From NCBI GenBank assembly GCA_902797845.1, contig CADBUJ010000066.1, positions 1,399-65,398 on the forward strand: a stretch of DNA of 64,000 nucleotides, in the 5' to 3' direction. Positions within the stretch are counted from its first letter, which is position 1. Each line of letters begins with the position of its first letter. A program made the position numbers and the translations under genes. Below the pieces are notes generated by a model. That model was not told the DNA's origin and did no database searches. It was given only the letters and a program-made list of their open reading frames with translations. This document shows, in pieces, positions 1 to 9,645 of this stretch. The DNA comes from an uncultured Eubacteriales bacterium. Lineage in GTDB: Bacteria > Bacillota > Clostridia > Lachnospirales > Lachnospiraceae.

Positions 1-156
1 AAAACCCACAAAATATTGGCATTTTATCGGAAAAAACGAAAAAAATATTCTCAAAAACCAGCGATTTTGCCTTGATTTATTTTTTCATACACGTATAATT
101 AAAATGCAATAAAAGTTGCTAAAAAGTTATCAAAATTACAAATGCAGGAGGATAGT

Positions 157-1593
157 ATGAAGGCAGACGTGGTAATCATAGGTGCCGGAGCAGTGGGGTG
201 CGGCATTGCCCGGGAACTTTCCCGGTATAAGCTGGATATTGTTGTGGTGGATAAAAATGAGGATATCGGGGGAGATGCCTCTAAATCCAACAGCGCCATT
301 ATCCATACGGGGTACGATGCTTCTCCCGGAACTCTTGAATCTCAGCTGGTGGTCTCAGCAAATGTCATGTATGACAAAATAACGGAAGATCTGGATATAC
401 CTTTTAAAAGGTGCGGGGCAATACTTCCGGCCATCACTGACGAACAGTTTGAAAAGCTTCAGGACATAAAACATAAGGCATTTTTAAACGGGGTATACGA
501 TGTTGAATATAAAACAGGTCCGGAGCTTTTGGAGATGGAGCCAAACCTTAACCCGGAGGTCAAGGGAGGGCTCTTTATCCCGAGGGAAAGCATTATAGAT
601 CCCTTTATCCTTGTACAGGCGCTGGCTGAGAATGCCAACGACAACGGAGTCAGATTCCTTCTGAATTCCAAGGTGACGGATATAAAAACAGCAGACGGCA
701 TGGTCAAAGAGGTGGTCACAGAGAAGGAGACCATCCAGGCGGATATCGTTATTAATGGTGCAGCTCTTTATTGTGATGAGATCGCAGCCATGGTGGGGAA
801 GGCGGATTATAAAGTCGTGGCCAGAAGAGGCCAATTTTTCATACTGGATAAAAATACCTCCTGCAAGGTAAACGGTATCGTTCTTCCCATTCCCACCAAG
901 GTTACAAAGGGCAAGCTTATGTGCCCGACCATCCACGGAAATATGCTTGTGGGTCCCACGGCAGAAGATCTTGATGATAAAACAGACAAAAGCGTAACGC
1001 CCGAAGGCCTTAAGTCCATAGAGGATGATGTTAAAAGGCTTATTCCGGGAGTTAATGTAAGAGACGGCATCACTCAGTATGCGGGACTGCGTCCCAACAG
1101 AGTTCCCGAAGGCCTTCATGTGGACACCTACGAGGATCTTAAGGGATATATCAATCTTTCAGGAGTCAGATCCACAGGTCTTACTCTTTCTGTATCCATG
1201 GGAATATATATAGCCGATCTTATTAGGGAACTGGGTTATCCTATGGTCCTTAAGGAAGATTTTAAGGAGAAAAGAAAGGGCATAACAAGGGTCAAAGAGC
1301 TTAGCGAAGAGGAAAGAGATGCCCTTGTTAAAAGTGATCCCGCTTACGGAAGGGTCATATGCAGATGCGAAACCGTCACAGAAGGTGAGATACTTGAAGC
1401 TATCCGCCGTCCTCTTGGAGCAAGGAGCATGGATGCAGTAAAGAGGCGCGTCAGAGCCGGAATGGGAAGATGCCAGGGCGGATTCTGCGGGCCCAAGGTG
1501 CTTGAGATACTGGCCAGAGAAGCCCAGGTGGATGAAACAAAGATAAATAAGAACAACGACGGTTCCTATATGGTAGTAGGAAAGACAAGATAA
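157..1593 (+). CDS. FAD-dependent oxidoreductase, GlpA-like (glycerol-3-phosphate dehydrogenase family) with BFD-like [2Fe-2S] C-terminal domain
   Basis: ORF 142..1593. AGGAGG precedes the ATG at 157. N-terminal dinucleotide fold VVIIGAGAVGCG. C-terminal CRCETVTEGE...GRCQGGFC Cys motif. Confidence 0.8.
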   Translation: MKADVVIIGAGAVGCGIARELSRYKLDIVVVDKNEDIGGDASKSNSAIIHTGYDASPGTLESQLVVSANVMYDKITEDLDIPFKRCGAILPAITDEQFEKLQDIKHKAFLNGVYDVEYKTGPELLEMEPNLNPEVKGGLFIPRESIIDPFILVQALAENANDNGVRFLLNSKVTDIKTADGMVKEVVTEKETIQADIVINGAALYCDEIAAMVGKADYKVVARRGQFFILDKNTSCKVNGIVLPIPTKVTKGKLMCPTIHGNMLVGPTAEDLDDKTDKSVTPEGLKSIEDDVKRLIPGVNVRDGITQYAGLRPNRVPEGLHVDTYEDLKGYINLSGVRSTGLTLSVSMGIYIADLIRELGYPMVLKEDFKEKRKGITRVKELSEEERDALVKSDPAYGRVICRCETVTEGEILEAIRRPLGARSMDAVKRRVRAGMGRCQGGFCGPKVLEILAREAQVDETKINKNNDGSYMVVGKTR

Positions 1594-1603
1594 GGAGGGG
1601 AAA

Positions 1604-2860
1604 ATGTACGAAACAAAATGTGATGTAGCCATTATCGGTGGCGGCCCCGCCGGTCTTTCCGCAGCTGTTGCAGCTAAAAAAGAAGGGGCTGAAAAAGTTC
1701 TGATCATAGAAAGAGACGTTAAGCTGGGAGGCATACTTCAGCAGTGTATCCATCCCGGATTCGGTCTTACATATTTTAATAAAGAGCTTACCGGACCGGA
1801 ATATGCAGGAGCATTCAAGGAAGAAGCAAAAAAGCTTTCTGTTGATGCTCTTCTGGATGCCATGGTGCTTTCCGTGGACGGTGAAGAAAAAACCGTAACA
1901 TGTGTATGCTCGGAATACGGTGTGACTAAGATACATGCGGGAAGCATTGTACTTGCCATGGGCTGCAGGGAAAGGACAAGAGCCCAGATACAGATACCGG
2001 GCACAAGGCCGGCAGGCGTTTATACGGCAGGGGCTGCACAGAGACTTATAAACCGTCAGAATATAGTAGTGGGAAAAGACATCGTTATCCTGGGATCCGG
2101 TGATATTGGAATGATTATGGCCCGCCGAATGACCCTGGAAGGATGTAAGGTCCATGCCGTTGTGGAGATAATGGATTATCTGGCAGGACTTACCCGTAAT
2201 AAGGTCCAGTGTCTTGATGATTTCGGGATCCCTCTTAAACTGTCTCATACGGTTACGAGGATAAAGGGCAACGAAAGAGTGGAAGGCGTGTATATCGCGG
2301 AAGTGGATGAAAACAAAAAGCCCATTCCGGAAACCGAGGAATTTATTCCCTGCGATACGCTTCTTCTCTCCGTAGGGCTTATTCCCGAAAACGAGATAAC
2401 AAGAGGAGCGGAAATAGAGATATCTCCCGTAACAAACGGACCAACGGTCAATCAGTATATGGAAACTTCCAAGGAAGGCATCTTTGCCTGCGGAAATGTG
2501 GTACATGTTAATGACCTGGTGGATAATGTTACGGTGGAAAGCGAGAAAGCCGGAAAATATGCGGCAAAATATGCCAAGGGAGAAATGCCTTCAAGAAACA
2601 GAACAGTTCCTTCCGTATGCGGAAATAATGTAAGGTACATTTGTCCTCAGACTATAAATATTTCAGGAGAGGATGAAAAAATATCCCTCTATTTCAGAGT
2701 AATGGCACCGGATACAGGCGTATTTCTTACGGCATCATCAGCAGGCAAGGAGATATACAGAAAGAAAGAGCTTCGTGTAAATCCCGGAGAAATGTGCCAT
2801 GTAGTCATCAATGCTGCAGACATCACCGGGGATGATGTTACAATAAGTGTGGTAAAATAA
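1604..2860 (+). CDS. NAD(P)/FAD-dependent pyridine nucleotide-disulfide oxidoreductase family protein
   Basis: Two Rossmann motifs, VAIIGGGPAGLSAA and IVILGSGDIGMI. Starts 11 nt after the upstream gene. This is the usual partner of the GlpA-like gene in Clostridia. Confidence 0.8.
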   Translation: MYETKCDVAIIGGGPAGLSAAVAAKKEGAEKVLIIERDVKLGGILQQCIHPGFGLTYFNKELTGPEYAGAFKEEAKKLSVDALLDAMVLSVDGEEKTVTCVCSEYGVTKIHAGSIVLAMGCRERTRAQIQIPGTRPAGVYTAGAAQRLINRQNIVVGKDIVILGSGDIGMIMARRMTLEGCKVHAVVEIMDYLAGLTRNKVQCLDDFGIPLKLSHTVTRIKGNERVEGVYIAEVDENKKPIPETEEFIPCDTLLLSVGLIPENEITRGAEIEISPVTNGPTVNQYMETSKEGIFACGNVVHVNDLVDNVTVESEKAGKYAAKYAKGEMPSRNRTVPSVCGNNVRYICPQTINISGEDEKISLYFRVMAPDTGVFLTASSAGKEIYRKKELRVNPGEMCHVVINAADITGDDVTISVVK

Positions 2861-2878
2861 TCCGGAAAGGAGCATTTT

Positions 2879-3232
2879 ATGGAAAAGGAAATAATCTGCA
2901 CAGTTTGCCCGATGGGCTGTCATATATTCGTTGAAGGAGAAGGCGACCGGATAGATAGGATCGAAGGCTTTACCTGCAAAAGAGGAGAAGAATACGGAAG
3001 AGCGGAATTCAGTCATCCCGTAAGGATCCTTACAAGCACCGTAAAGATAACGGGAGCGGATCAGCCGCTGCTCCCCGTAAGGTCTGAAGGCCCCGTTCCC
3101 AAAGAGCTGATACCTTCCTGCATGGAGGAGATCAGAAATACAGTGGCAAAGGCACCGGTAGGTGTGCACGATGTGATCATCGAGAACATCTGCGGATGCG
3201 GAGTAAATATTATTGCATCAGATACAGTCTGA
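2879..3232 (+). CDS. DUF1667 domain protein (third member of the GlpA-like trio)
   Basis: 117 aa with N-terminal CTVCPMGCH motif and FTCKRGEEYG. Its size and position match the DUF1667 partner protein. Confidence 0.75.
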   Translation: MEKEIICTVCPMGCHIFVEGEGDRIDRIEGFTCKRGEEYGRAEFSHPVRILTSTVKITGADQPLLPVRSEGPVPKELIPSCMEEIRNTVAKAPVGVHDVIIENICGCGVNIIASDTV

Positions 3233-3244
3233 GAGGTGAGCAGA

Positions 3245-4747
3245 ATGGCAAAACGTATTCTTATATGCGAATTCCATGAGGAAACAGACACATTTAACCC
3301 GGAGATAGCGCAGCTTATCTCCTTTGACAGCGGTATCCACGCAGAAGGAGAAGAGCTTCTTTTAAAGCATAGGAGCATACCAAGTCTTTTTCACGGCATA
3401 GTTGATGCAGTCGAGGAAGCAGGAGGGGAGGTCGTACCGGGAATATCCCTTTATTCCGGATCTGCAGGAGTGGTTGCAGACGATGTTTACAATCTTCTGA
3501 TCGAGAGAACGGATCATTATCTTAAAAACTCCGGTGAACTGGATGGAGTATTTCTTTCTCTTCACGGGGCCACTGTTACGGAATCAATAAATGATGCCTG
3601 CGGAAATTACATAGAGCATATCCGAAACATCATCGGCAGGGATAAGGTGATCGCAGCAGGATTTGATCTTCATGCCAATATAACCGACAGGATACTGGAA
3701 AATGCGGATGCCGTATGCCTTTATCAGACATATCCTCATGTGGACTTTTATGAAACCGGATACAGAGCAGGAAAGATGGGAATGAGGATCATTGCAGGAG
3801 AGCCTGTGGTAATGGCAGCAACCACCCTCCCTGTTCTTGTGCCTCCGTCGGGCTTTACTTCTCTTGAAAGTCCCTTTAAGGAAGTTATAGATTACGGCAA
3901 CAGCCTTATTAAGGACGGAAAGATACTGGATTATTCGGCCTCCTATGTTCAGCCGTGGCTGGATATTGATGAGATCGGATCTACCGTTGTTGTGCTGGCA
4001 GAGGACGGAGATACCGCCTGCAGATATGCGGACGATATAGCAGAAAAGCTTTTTGCCATAAAGGATGACTGCTGGCCGGATATGATGTCTGTGGATGAGA
4101 TCATCGATCTTGCAGAGGCAAAGGAAACAAAAAAACCTGTTATCCTGGCAGACCCGGCCGATTCTCCAAACGGAGGAGCCGTGGGAGACAGCATTGTTGT
4201 GGCTTTAAGACTTTTTGAAAGAGGCTCCACCCTAAAGGCAGGTATGTTCGTAAAGGATCCGGAAACCGTGGAACAGGCCTTTTCCGTTGGAGTGGGAAAT
4301 ACGGCTTTATTCCGTATCGGCGGGAAGATTACACCTGATGTGCCCGGACCTTTGGTTGCAGAGGGCAGGGTACGGTTGCTTTCGGACGGAGAATTTGTTC
4401 AGGAAGGACCGGCAGGCAAGGGATTTCCATGTAATGTGGGCAGAGCCTGTGTTATCTCAGTGGGAAATACGGATATAATGGTATGCGAAAAACCCATGTC
4501 TTCCGGTGATCCTCAGATACTGCGCCATTTCGGCATAGAGCCCAAGCTTTATGACCTTATAGTTGTAAAGGCCAACACCTCCTTCAGAGTTCCCTACGGA
4601 CCTATTGCAGGAGAGATATGCTTTGCCGATACGCCCGGTGCCGGAGCATCGAATCTTAAAAGATTCAAGTGGAAGAATCTTCCGAAAAATATGTATCCCT
4701 TCGATCTTGAGGAAGGGTATAAACCCGTAAAAGCCACAATAAGATAA
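3245..4747 (+). CDS. M81 family metallopeptidase (MlrC/microcystinase C-like)
   Basis: ORF opens at GTG 3236, and GAGAGG precedes the ATG at 3245. The N-terminus KRILICEFHEETDTFNP resembles the MlrC N-terminal signature. About 500 aa. Confidence 0.7.
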   Translation: MAKRILICEFHEETDTFNPEIAQLISFDSGIHAEGEELLLKHRSIPSLFHGIVDAVEEAGGEVVPGISLYSGSAGVVADDVYNLLIERTDHYLKNSGELDGVFLSLHGATVTESINDACGNYIEHIRNIIGRDKVIAAGFDLHANITDRILENADAVCLYQTYPHVDFYETGYRAGKMGMRIIAGEPVVMAATTLPVLVPPSGFTSLESPFKEVIDYGNSLIKDGKILDYSASYVQPWLDIDEIGSTVVVLAEDGDTACRYADDIAEKLFAIKDDCWPDMMSVDEIIDLAEAKETKKPVILADPADSPNGGAVGDSIVVALRLFERGSTLKAGMFVKDPETVEQAFSVGVGNTALFRIGGKITPDVPGPLVAEGRVRLLSDGEFVQEGPAGKGFPCNVGRACVISVGNTDIMVCEKPMSSGDPQILRHFGIEPKLYDLIVVKANTSFRVPYGPIAGEICFADTPGAGASNLKRFKWKNLPKNMYPFDLEEGYKPVKATIR

Positions 4748-4780
4748 ATATTTTACGGAAATAACGGATAGAACAATAAA

Positions 4781-4843
4781 AGATCTCCCTTTTGGGACAA
4801 AGGATATTATCTGATCCGATGTTTTAAGAGGGAGATCTTTTTC
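4781..4843. terminator. Long-loop hairpin between convergent genes, likely a bidirectional terminator
   Basis: AGATCTCCCT (4781-4790) pairs with AGGGAGATCT (4829-4838), followed by TTTTT. The upstream side is A-rich. Confidence 0.5.
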
Positions 4844-4901
4844 AGTTGTCGATTTATGATTAATGGTTTAAGCCATTAAAGGGGACATGATATAATGCGT
4901 T

Positions 4902-5105
4902 TTATTCTATGTCCAGCTCCGGCGGCAAGTCTATTTCATCGGAAATGTATTTGCCGTTCTTTTTTCTCTGCCTTACACATTCCGTAAGCAGATATTCTAT
5001 CTGCCCGTTTACGGATCTGAAGTCGTCCTCCGCCCATGCTACTATTGCGGCATATAGTTTTGGTGACAGTCGGAGTGGGACCTGCTTTTTCTTGTTATCA
5101 TCCAT
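4902..5105 (-). CDS. Arc/MetJ-type ribbon-helix-helix DNA-binding protein
   Basis: 67 aa. [35 protein letters not shown] fits an RHH beta-strand plus two helices. Starts 4 nt after the SPFH gene stop. Confidence 0.55.
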   Translation of the reverse strand: MDDNKKKQVPLRLSPKLYAAIVAWAEDDFRSVNGQIEYLLTECVRQRKKNGKYISDEIDLPPELDIE

Positions 5106-5108
5106 TGA

Positions 5109-6134
5109 TCAATAGAGACTGCCCGAATTTACCACGGGCTGAGCATCATGGTTGCCGCATAAAACTACAAGCAGATTCGATACCATGGCAGCTTTTCTTT
5201 CTTCATCAAGAGTAACCACCTGATTTTCATTTAATCTTTCAAGGGCCATCTCTACCATACCTACAGCTCCGTCAACGATCATCTTGCGGGCATCAATGAT
5301 GGCTGATGCCTGCTGACGCTGAAGCATTACTGCAGCGATTTCCTGAGCATAAGCAAGATAAGTTATGCGGGCTTCGATTATTTCTATGCCGGCAGAAGCC
5401 ACTTTTTCCTGGATGCGTTCCTTTATCCTTGATGCAACCAGCTCGCTGGAACCCCTTAAAGAGCCTTCGTCTGCAATGCCGTCACCGGTGGTATCAACAT
5501 TTGGAGCTACATCGTAGGGGTATATCCTGACGATATCCCTTAAGGCACTGTCGCACTGGAGAGAAAGATATTCTTTGTAATTGTCCACATCGAAGACGGC
5601 CTTTGCGGTGTCCACGACTTTCCAGATGACGGCAATACCGATATCTACGGGATTTCCAAGGCAATCGTTTATTTTCTGTCTGGAATTATTTAAGGTCATT
5701 ACCTTAAGGGAGACCTTCTTTCCGGAACCGAACTTAATGTCTATGGATGTACTTTCACCCTTCGAGGAAAAGATAGAGCGGTTTTTCTTATTGACATCTC
5801 CGCTTTGGTTAAGCTCCGTTTCTGCAGCAGGGTTAACGGCAACGCAGAAGGGATTTACAAAATAAAAACCGTTTTCCTTGATGGAACCGTAGTACTTACC
5901 GAACAGAGTAAGCACCAGAGCTTCCTGAGGGCCAACGACCTTAAGTCCGAGGAAGATGATCCAGCCAAAAGCCAGATAGATTATGGAGATCACGAGTATA
6001 ACGGGGCCGAAGGAAGTAAAACCTGCATTGACTGCACCGTAAACACATCCAAGCACAGCTATTAGATACAGTACTATTCCCAGTATAAGTACGGGCAGGC
6101 CGTTCTTTCTCTTATTTAATACTTTTTCTTTCAT
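5109..6134 (-). CDS. SPFH/Band 7 (stomatin/prohibitin-like) membrane protein
   Basis: ORF 5109..6173. AAAGGAG sits 6 nt before the ATG at 6134. Two N-terminal TM helices are followed by an SPFH-like core and an alanine-rich coiled C-terminus (AQEIAAVMLQRQQASAIIDAR). Confidence 0.75.
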   Translation of the reverse strand: MKEKVLNKRKNGLPVLILGIVLYLIAVLGCVYGAVNAGFTSFGPVILVISIIYLAFGWIIFLGLKVVGPQEALVLTLFGKYYGSIKENGFYFVNPFCVAVNPAAETELNQSGDVNKKNRSIFSSKGESTSIDIKFGSGKKVSLKVMTLNNSRQKINDCLGNPVDIGIAVIWKVVDTAKAVFDVDNYKEYLSLQCDSALRDIVRIYPYDVAPNVDTTGDGIADEGSLRGSSELVASRIKERIQEKVASAGIEIIEARITYLAYAQEIAAVMLQRQQASAIIDARKMIVDGAVGMVEMALERLNENQVVTLDEERKAAMVSNLLVVLCGNHDAQPVVNSGSLY

Positions 6135-6275
6135 TTTAAGCTCCTTTCGGAAATGCAATCTATATGATATCAAAAAGATATCATATAGATATTTGCATTG
6201 TCAATATATTTTTGTCGAGGGCTGTCGATTTCCATCGATTTATGTTTATTTACGGCCGTTCTTCCCTTACCTATA

Positions 6276-6839
6276 ATGCCCCTAAAGAAGGGAGGTGATG
6301 CCTGTATAGTTATAAAGATACCCGTGCTGACAGCGATCCTTTTGTGGGGCATGATCTCAGATCTTAAGACCGGTAAAGTAAAAAATAAGATAATCATTAC
6401 GGGTTTTGTTGCCGGTCCGGCCCTGGAGTTGATCTTTCCAAGTGCAGGCGGCCTTGCAGATAAGCTTATGGGGACGGCAGTACCCATATTGGCGTTGTTT
6501 ATATTACATGTGTTTTCCATGATGGGAGCAGGAGACATCAAGCTTATTTCCGTAACAGGAGCGTTTTTAGGGCTTAAGGCCGTCATAAATATTATGCTGG
6601 GAACGCTTTTTCTGGGCGGAGCAGTGTCAATATTTTTAATGTTAAAAAGAAGGATCCTCGCAGAAAGATTTAACTATTTCAGGGATTATGCGAGGCAAAG
6701 CCTCCGCAGAAGGAGGGTCATCCCTTATGATGATCTGACCTCTGAAGATAAAAGACACTTGTTCCATTTATCCCCATGTATCTTCATTGCAGCGGCAATG
6801 TATTGTTTAAAACTTTTGTTTTTTAAGGAGTTATTTTGA
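6276..6839 (+). CDS. A24 family prepilin peptidase (TadV/CpaA-like), copy 1
   Basis: ORF opens at TTG 6198, and the first ATG is at 6276. Polytopic membrane protein with two Asp motifs, ISDLKTGKV and GAGDIKL. Confidence 0.7.
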   Translation: MPLKKGGDACIVIKIPVLTAILLWGMISDLKTGKVKNKIIITGFVAGPALELIFPSAGGLADKLMGTAVPILALFILHVFSMMGAGDIKLISVTGAFLGLKAVINIMLGTLFLGGAVSIFLMLKRRILAERFNYFRDYARQSLRRRRVIPYDDLTSEDKRHLFHLSPCIFIAAAMYCLKLLFFKELF

Positions 6840-7708
6840 AAAGTATAAATCTGCATATTTTTGATAATGATATTAAGTATCTTGACAGGCTGGAGGATTA
6901 TCTTCTTTCCAGAAAAGACAATATATTTTCCGTGAAAACCCATACGGACATAAAAGAAGGCTATATTACAGAACACGGCATCAATCTTATCAGTGCATCA
7001 CTGGCAGAAGGGTGCGGAATAAGGCTTTCAAAGGAAAGGACCCTGATACTTCATGACGGCAGAATGGCGGAGGAACTGTTTGAGATAGAGGGCTTATATA
7101 AATATCAGCCCGGTGAGGCGATATACAAGAGACTTGTTGATATGTGCATGGACATAAGGGAAACAGTCCCCGGTATCTTTTATAAAAAAACAAAGGACAT
7201 GGAAATAACGGGCATATATTCGCCTGATCCTTTAAAAGACACATATTCTCTGGCGCTGGAACTTGCGGGAAAGGAAGCCGAATCGGAAAATGTTCTGCTT
7301 ATAGATCTGCAGGATTTCCCCCAAAAATGTTCGGCAGGAGGCATTCAGGATCTTTTTTATTACTTAAGCAGTCCTGGAGGAAAGATAGGGATCAAGATGC
7401 AGGAGGTAATTTTTAAAGACAAGGGCATATGGACCGTAAACGGAGGAGGCAGGCCCGGGGACATTAAGGACATAGATAAGAACACCTGGGAGAAGTTATT
7501 TAAGGCCATAGGAAGAGAAACTGATGTGGAAAGCCTGATAATCAATTTTTCCGGCCTACCTTCAGATATGGGGATCTTCGGTCTGTGCGACAAACTGCTG
7601 ATACCTGAAGGAGATCATGGGGATAAACGAGGCGAAGCCTTCAAAGATATGCTTAAGGGAATGGGAATGGAAGGAACAGTAAGCCGGACGGAGGAGATAT
7701 TTGTATGA
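6836..7708 (+). CDS. TadZ/CpaE-like pilus localisation protein with degenerate P-loop
   Basis: Sits immediately upstream of the CpaF ATPase with a 4-nt overlap. ITGIYSPDPLKDTYSLALELA...VLLIDLQD follows the MinD/ParA layout, but GGxGKT is replaced by PDPLKDT. Confidence 0.4.
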   Translation: MKSINLHIFDNDIKYLDRLEDYLLSRKDNIFSVKTHTDIKEGYITEHGINLISASLAEGCGIRLSKERTLILHDGRMAEELFEIEGLYKYQPGEAIYKRLVDMCMDIRETVPGIFYKKTKDMEITGIYSPDPLKDTYSLALELAGKEAESENVLLIDLQDFPQKCSAGGIQDLFYYLSSPGGKIGIKMQEVIFKDKGIWTVNGGGRPGDIKDIDKNTWEKLFKAIGRETDVESLIINFSGLPSDMGIFGLCDKLLIPEGDHGDKRGEAFKDMLKGMGMEGTVSRTEEIFV

Positions 7709-8940
7709 ATCCTGTGGAGGATCTCAAAGAGCAGATACGGGAAAGCATTCTTTCGGAATCCGAGGGCAGAGGCGCATTAACGGATGAGGAAGTAATCGGG
7801 ATAATCGACAGGAGTATACAAAGGTTGTCGGACAAAAGCTTTCTAAGTCTTAAGGAAAAGATGATCCTCAGAAAAGAGATATTTCATTCCATCAGGAAAT
7901 ATGACATCCTTCAGGAGCTTCTGGACAGGGATGATGTTACGGAGATCATGGTCAACGGGACAGAGAGCATTTTCTATGAGACCGGCGGAAGGATCATAAG
8001 GTGGAATAAGACCTTTGAAAATCAGGAGAAGATTTTTAATGTTATCCAGCGAATGGCGGGAAATAAGGACAGACCCGTGAATGCGGCTAATCCTGTTCTG
8101 GATGTGGTCCTGGATGACGGCTCCAGGGTAAATGCAGCTCTAAGACCGGTGGCCTTAAACGGACCGGTGATCACCATAAGGAGGTTCGGAAAAAGAAATA
8201 TTAAATTATCTGAACTTACAGACATGGGAGCATTATCGCGGGATGCTGCCGAGTTCTTAAAAAAGATCGTAGCATCAGGTTACAACATTTTTATATCGGG
8301 ATCCACAGGCAGCGGAAAAACAACATTTTTAAATGCCCTTTCCGAGTTTATTCCCCGTGACGAAAGAGTCATCACCATAGAAGATCCCGCTGAGTTACGC
8401 ATGGAAGATAGACCGAATCTCGTCAGACTTGAAACAAAAGGGAGAGATTCAGAAGGTGCAAAGAATATAACCATACGGGATCTCATAAGGACCAGTCTCA
8501 GAATGCGGCCGGACCGGATCATAGTGGGGGAAGTAAGAGGTGCGGAAACTGTTGATATGCTGCAGGCCATGAATACGGGGCATAAAGGTTCCATGTCTAC
8601 AGGGCATGCCAATTCTTCCGGCGATATGGTCGTAAGATTGGAGACTATGATGCTCATGGGAATGGATATCCCCCTTAAGGCAGTAAGGGAACAGATTGCT
8701 TCGGCCATTGATATAATCATCCATCTGGGACGCCTGAGGGACAAGAGCAGAAGAGTCCTTTCCATAGACGAGGTGCTTTGTGCAGATGACAGGGGCGTAA
8801 AGCTAAATAATCTGTTCTTCTTTCGGGAGGAGGGAGATTTAAATGATAAAGAAGTCAAAGGTCGGCTCAGAAAGTCGGGCAATAAGCTTAATAACCGGGA
8901 AAAGCTCAGGGAGGCCGGGATTGCAATGGAGGATATTTAA
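7705..8940 (+). CDS. tadA: CpaF/TadA family type IV pilus/secretion ATPase
   Basis: Walker A GSTGSGKTT, Walker B/Asp box RIIVGEVRG, His box GHKGSMSTGHA. 411 aa. Confidence 0.9.
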   Translation: MNPVEDLKEQIRESILSESEGRGALTDEEVIGIIDRSIQRLSDKSFLSLKEKMILRKEIFHSIRKYDILQELLDRDDVTEIMVNGTESIFYETGGRIIRWNKTFENQEKIFNVIQRMAGNKDRPVNAANPVLDVVLDDGSRVNAALRPVALNGPVITIRRFGKRNIKLSELTDMGALSRDAAEFLKKIVASGYNIFISGSTGSGKTTFLNALSEFIPRDERVITIEDPAELRMEDRPNLVRLETKGRDSEGAKNITIRDLIRTSLRMRPDRIIVGEVRGAETVDMLQAMNTGHKGSMSTGHANSSGDMVVRLETMMLMGMDIPLKAVREQIASAIDIIIHLGRLRDKSRRVLSIDEVLCADDRGVKLNNLFFFREEGDLNDKEVKGRLRKSGNKLNNREKLREAGIAMEDI

Positions 8941-9643
8941 AAAGGAGCTTCCGACTGCTGCATCATATTTGGCTCTGTCATTTTTATTCTGTTTGGCCTT
9001 TTACGGATCACCCAAGGGGCTTCTGATCACCATTCCTGCTGCGGCGCTGCTTTGGTTCTTTAATAAACAGGATAAGAAGATCTCAATGAAAAAAGAATTC
9101 AGTATGGAATTACGTGACGGGCTTACTGCATTAAAGGGCAGGATCTCGGGAGGTGCTTCTCTTGAAAATGCATTTTCTCTGGCATTAAAAGATCTGCAGA
9201 TGCAGTACAAAGGAGGGAAAGGGGCGATCATCGACGTATTTAACGATATATGCAGTATGCAGCAGGTCAATATTCCCATGGATGAATGCCTTCTTAAGGT
9301 ATCCCGGTATTACAGAGACGAATATCTTGAGGGATTTGTAAATATCGTTATCAGCATCAGGGAAAGAGGAGGGGATGTAGAGGCAGCAGTAAAAAGGACT
9401 ATCGATCGGATCACTGAAAAACTGGAACGGGAGCAGGAGGCCGGAACAGCAGTGGCAGGGAAGAAAAAGGAATTTCTTGTAATGAAAGCCATTCCTGTTC
9501 TTATACTGATATATTTGAGGCTTTTGGGAGGAGACATGACAGAGGTGCTTTATAAATCTTTTTCGGGGAAGGTCGCCATGACTATATGCCTGATGATTTA
9601 CATCAGCGCATGGCTTTGGGGAAGAAAGATACTGGAGTTTTAA
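8843..9643 (+). CDS. TadB-like type II secretion system F-family membrane protein
   Basis: Position directly after tadA, with TM segments flanking a soluble helical domain. The start is uncertain: ATG 8843 overlaps tadA by 98 nt, and an in-frame TTG lies near 8917. Confidence 0.6.
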   Translation: MIKKSKVGSESRAISLITGKSSGRPGLQWRIFKKELPTAASYLALSFLFCLAFYGSPKGLLITIPAAALLWFFNKQDKKISMKKEFSMELRDGLTALKGRISGGASLENAFSLALKDLQMQYKGGKGAIIDVFNDICSMQQVNIPMDECLLKVSRYYRDEYLEGFVNIVISIRERGGDVEAAVKRTIDRITEKLEREQEAGTAVAGKKKEFLVMKAIPVLILIYLRLLGGDMTEVLYKSFSGKVAMTICLMIYISAWLWGRKILEF

Positions 9644-9645
9644 GT

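Noticed and set aside
1451-2506. 351-aa minus-strand ORF
   Set aside because: Antisense shadow of the two flavoprotein genes, whose Rossmann motifs are unambiguous on the plus strand.
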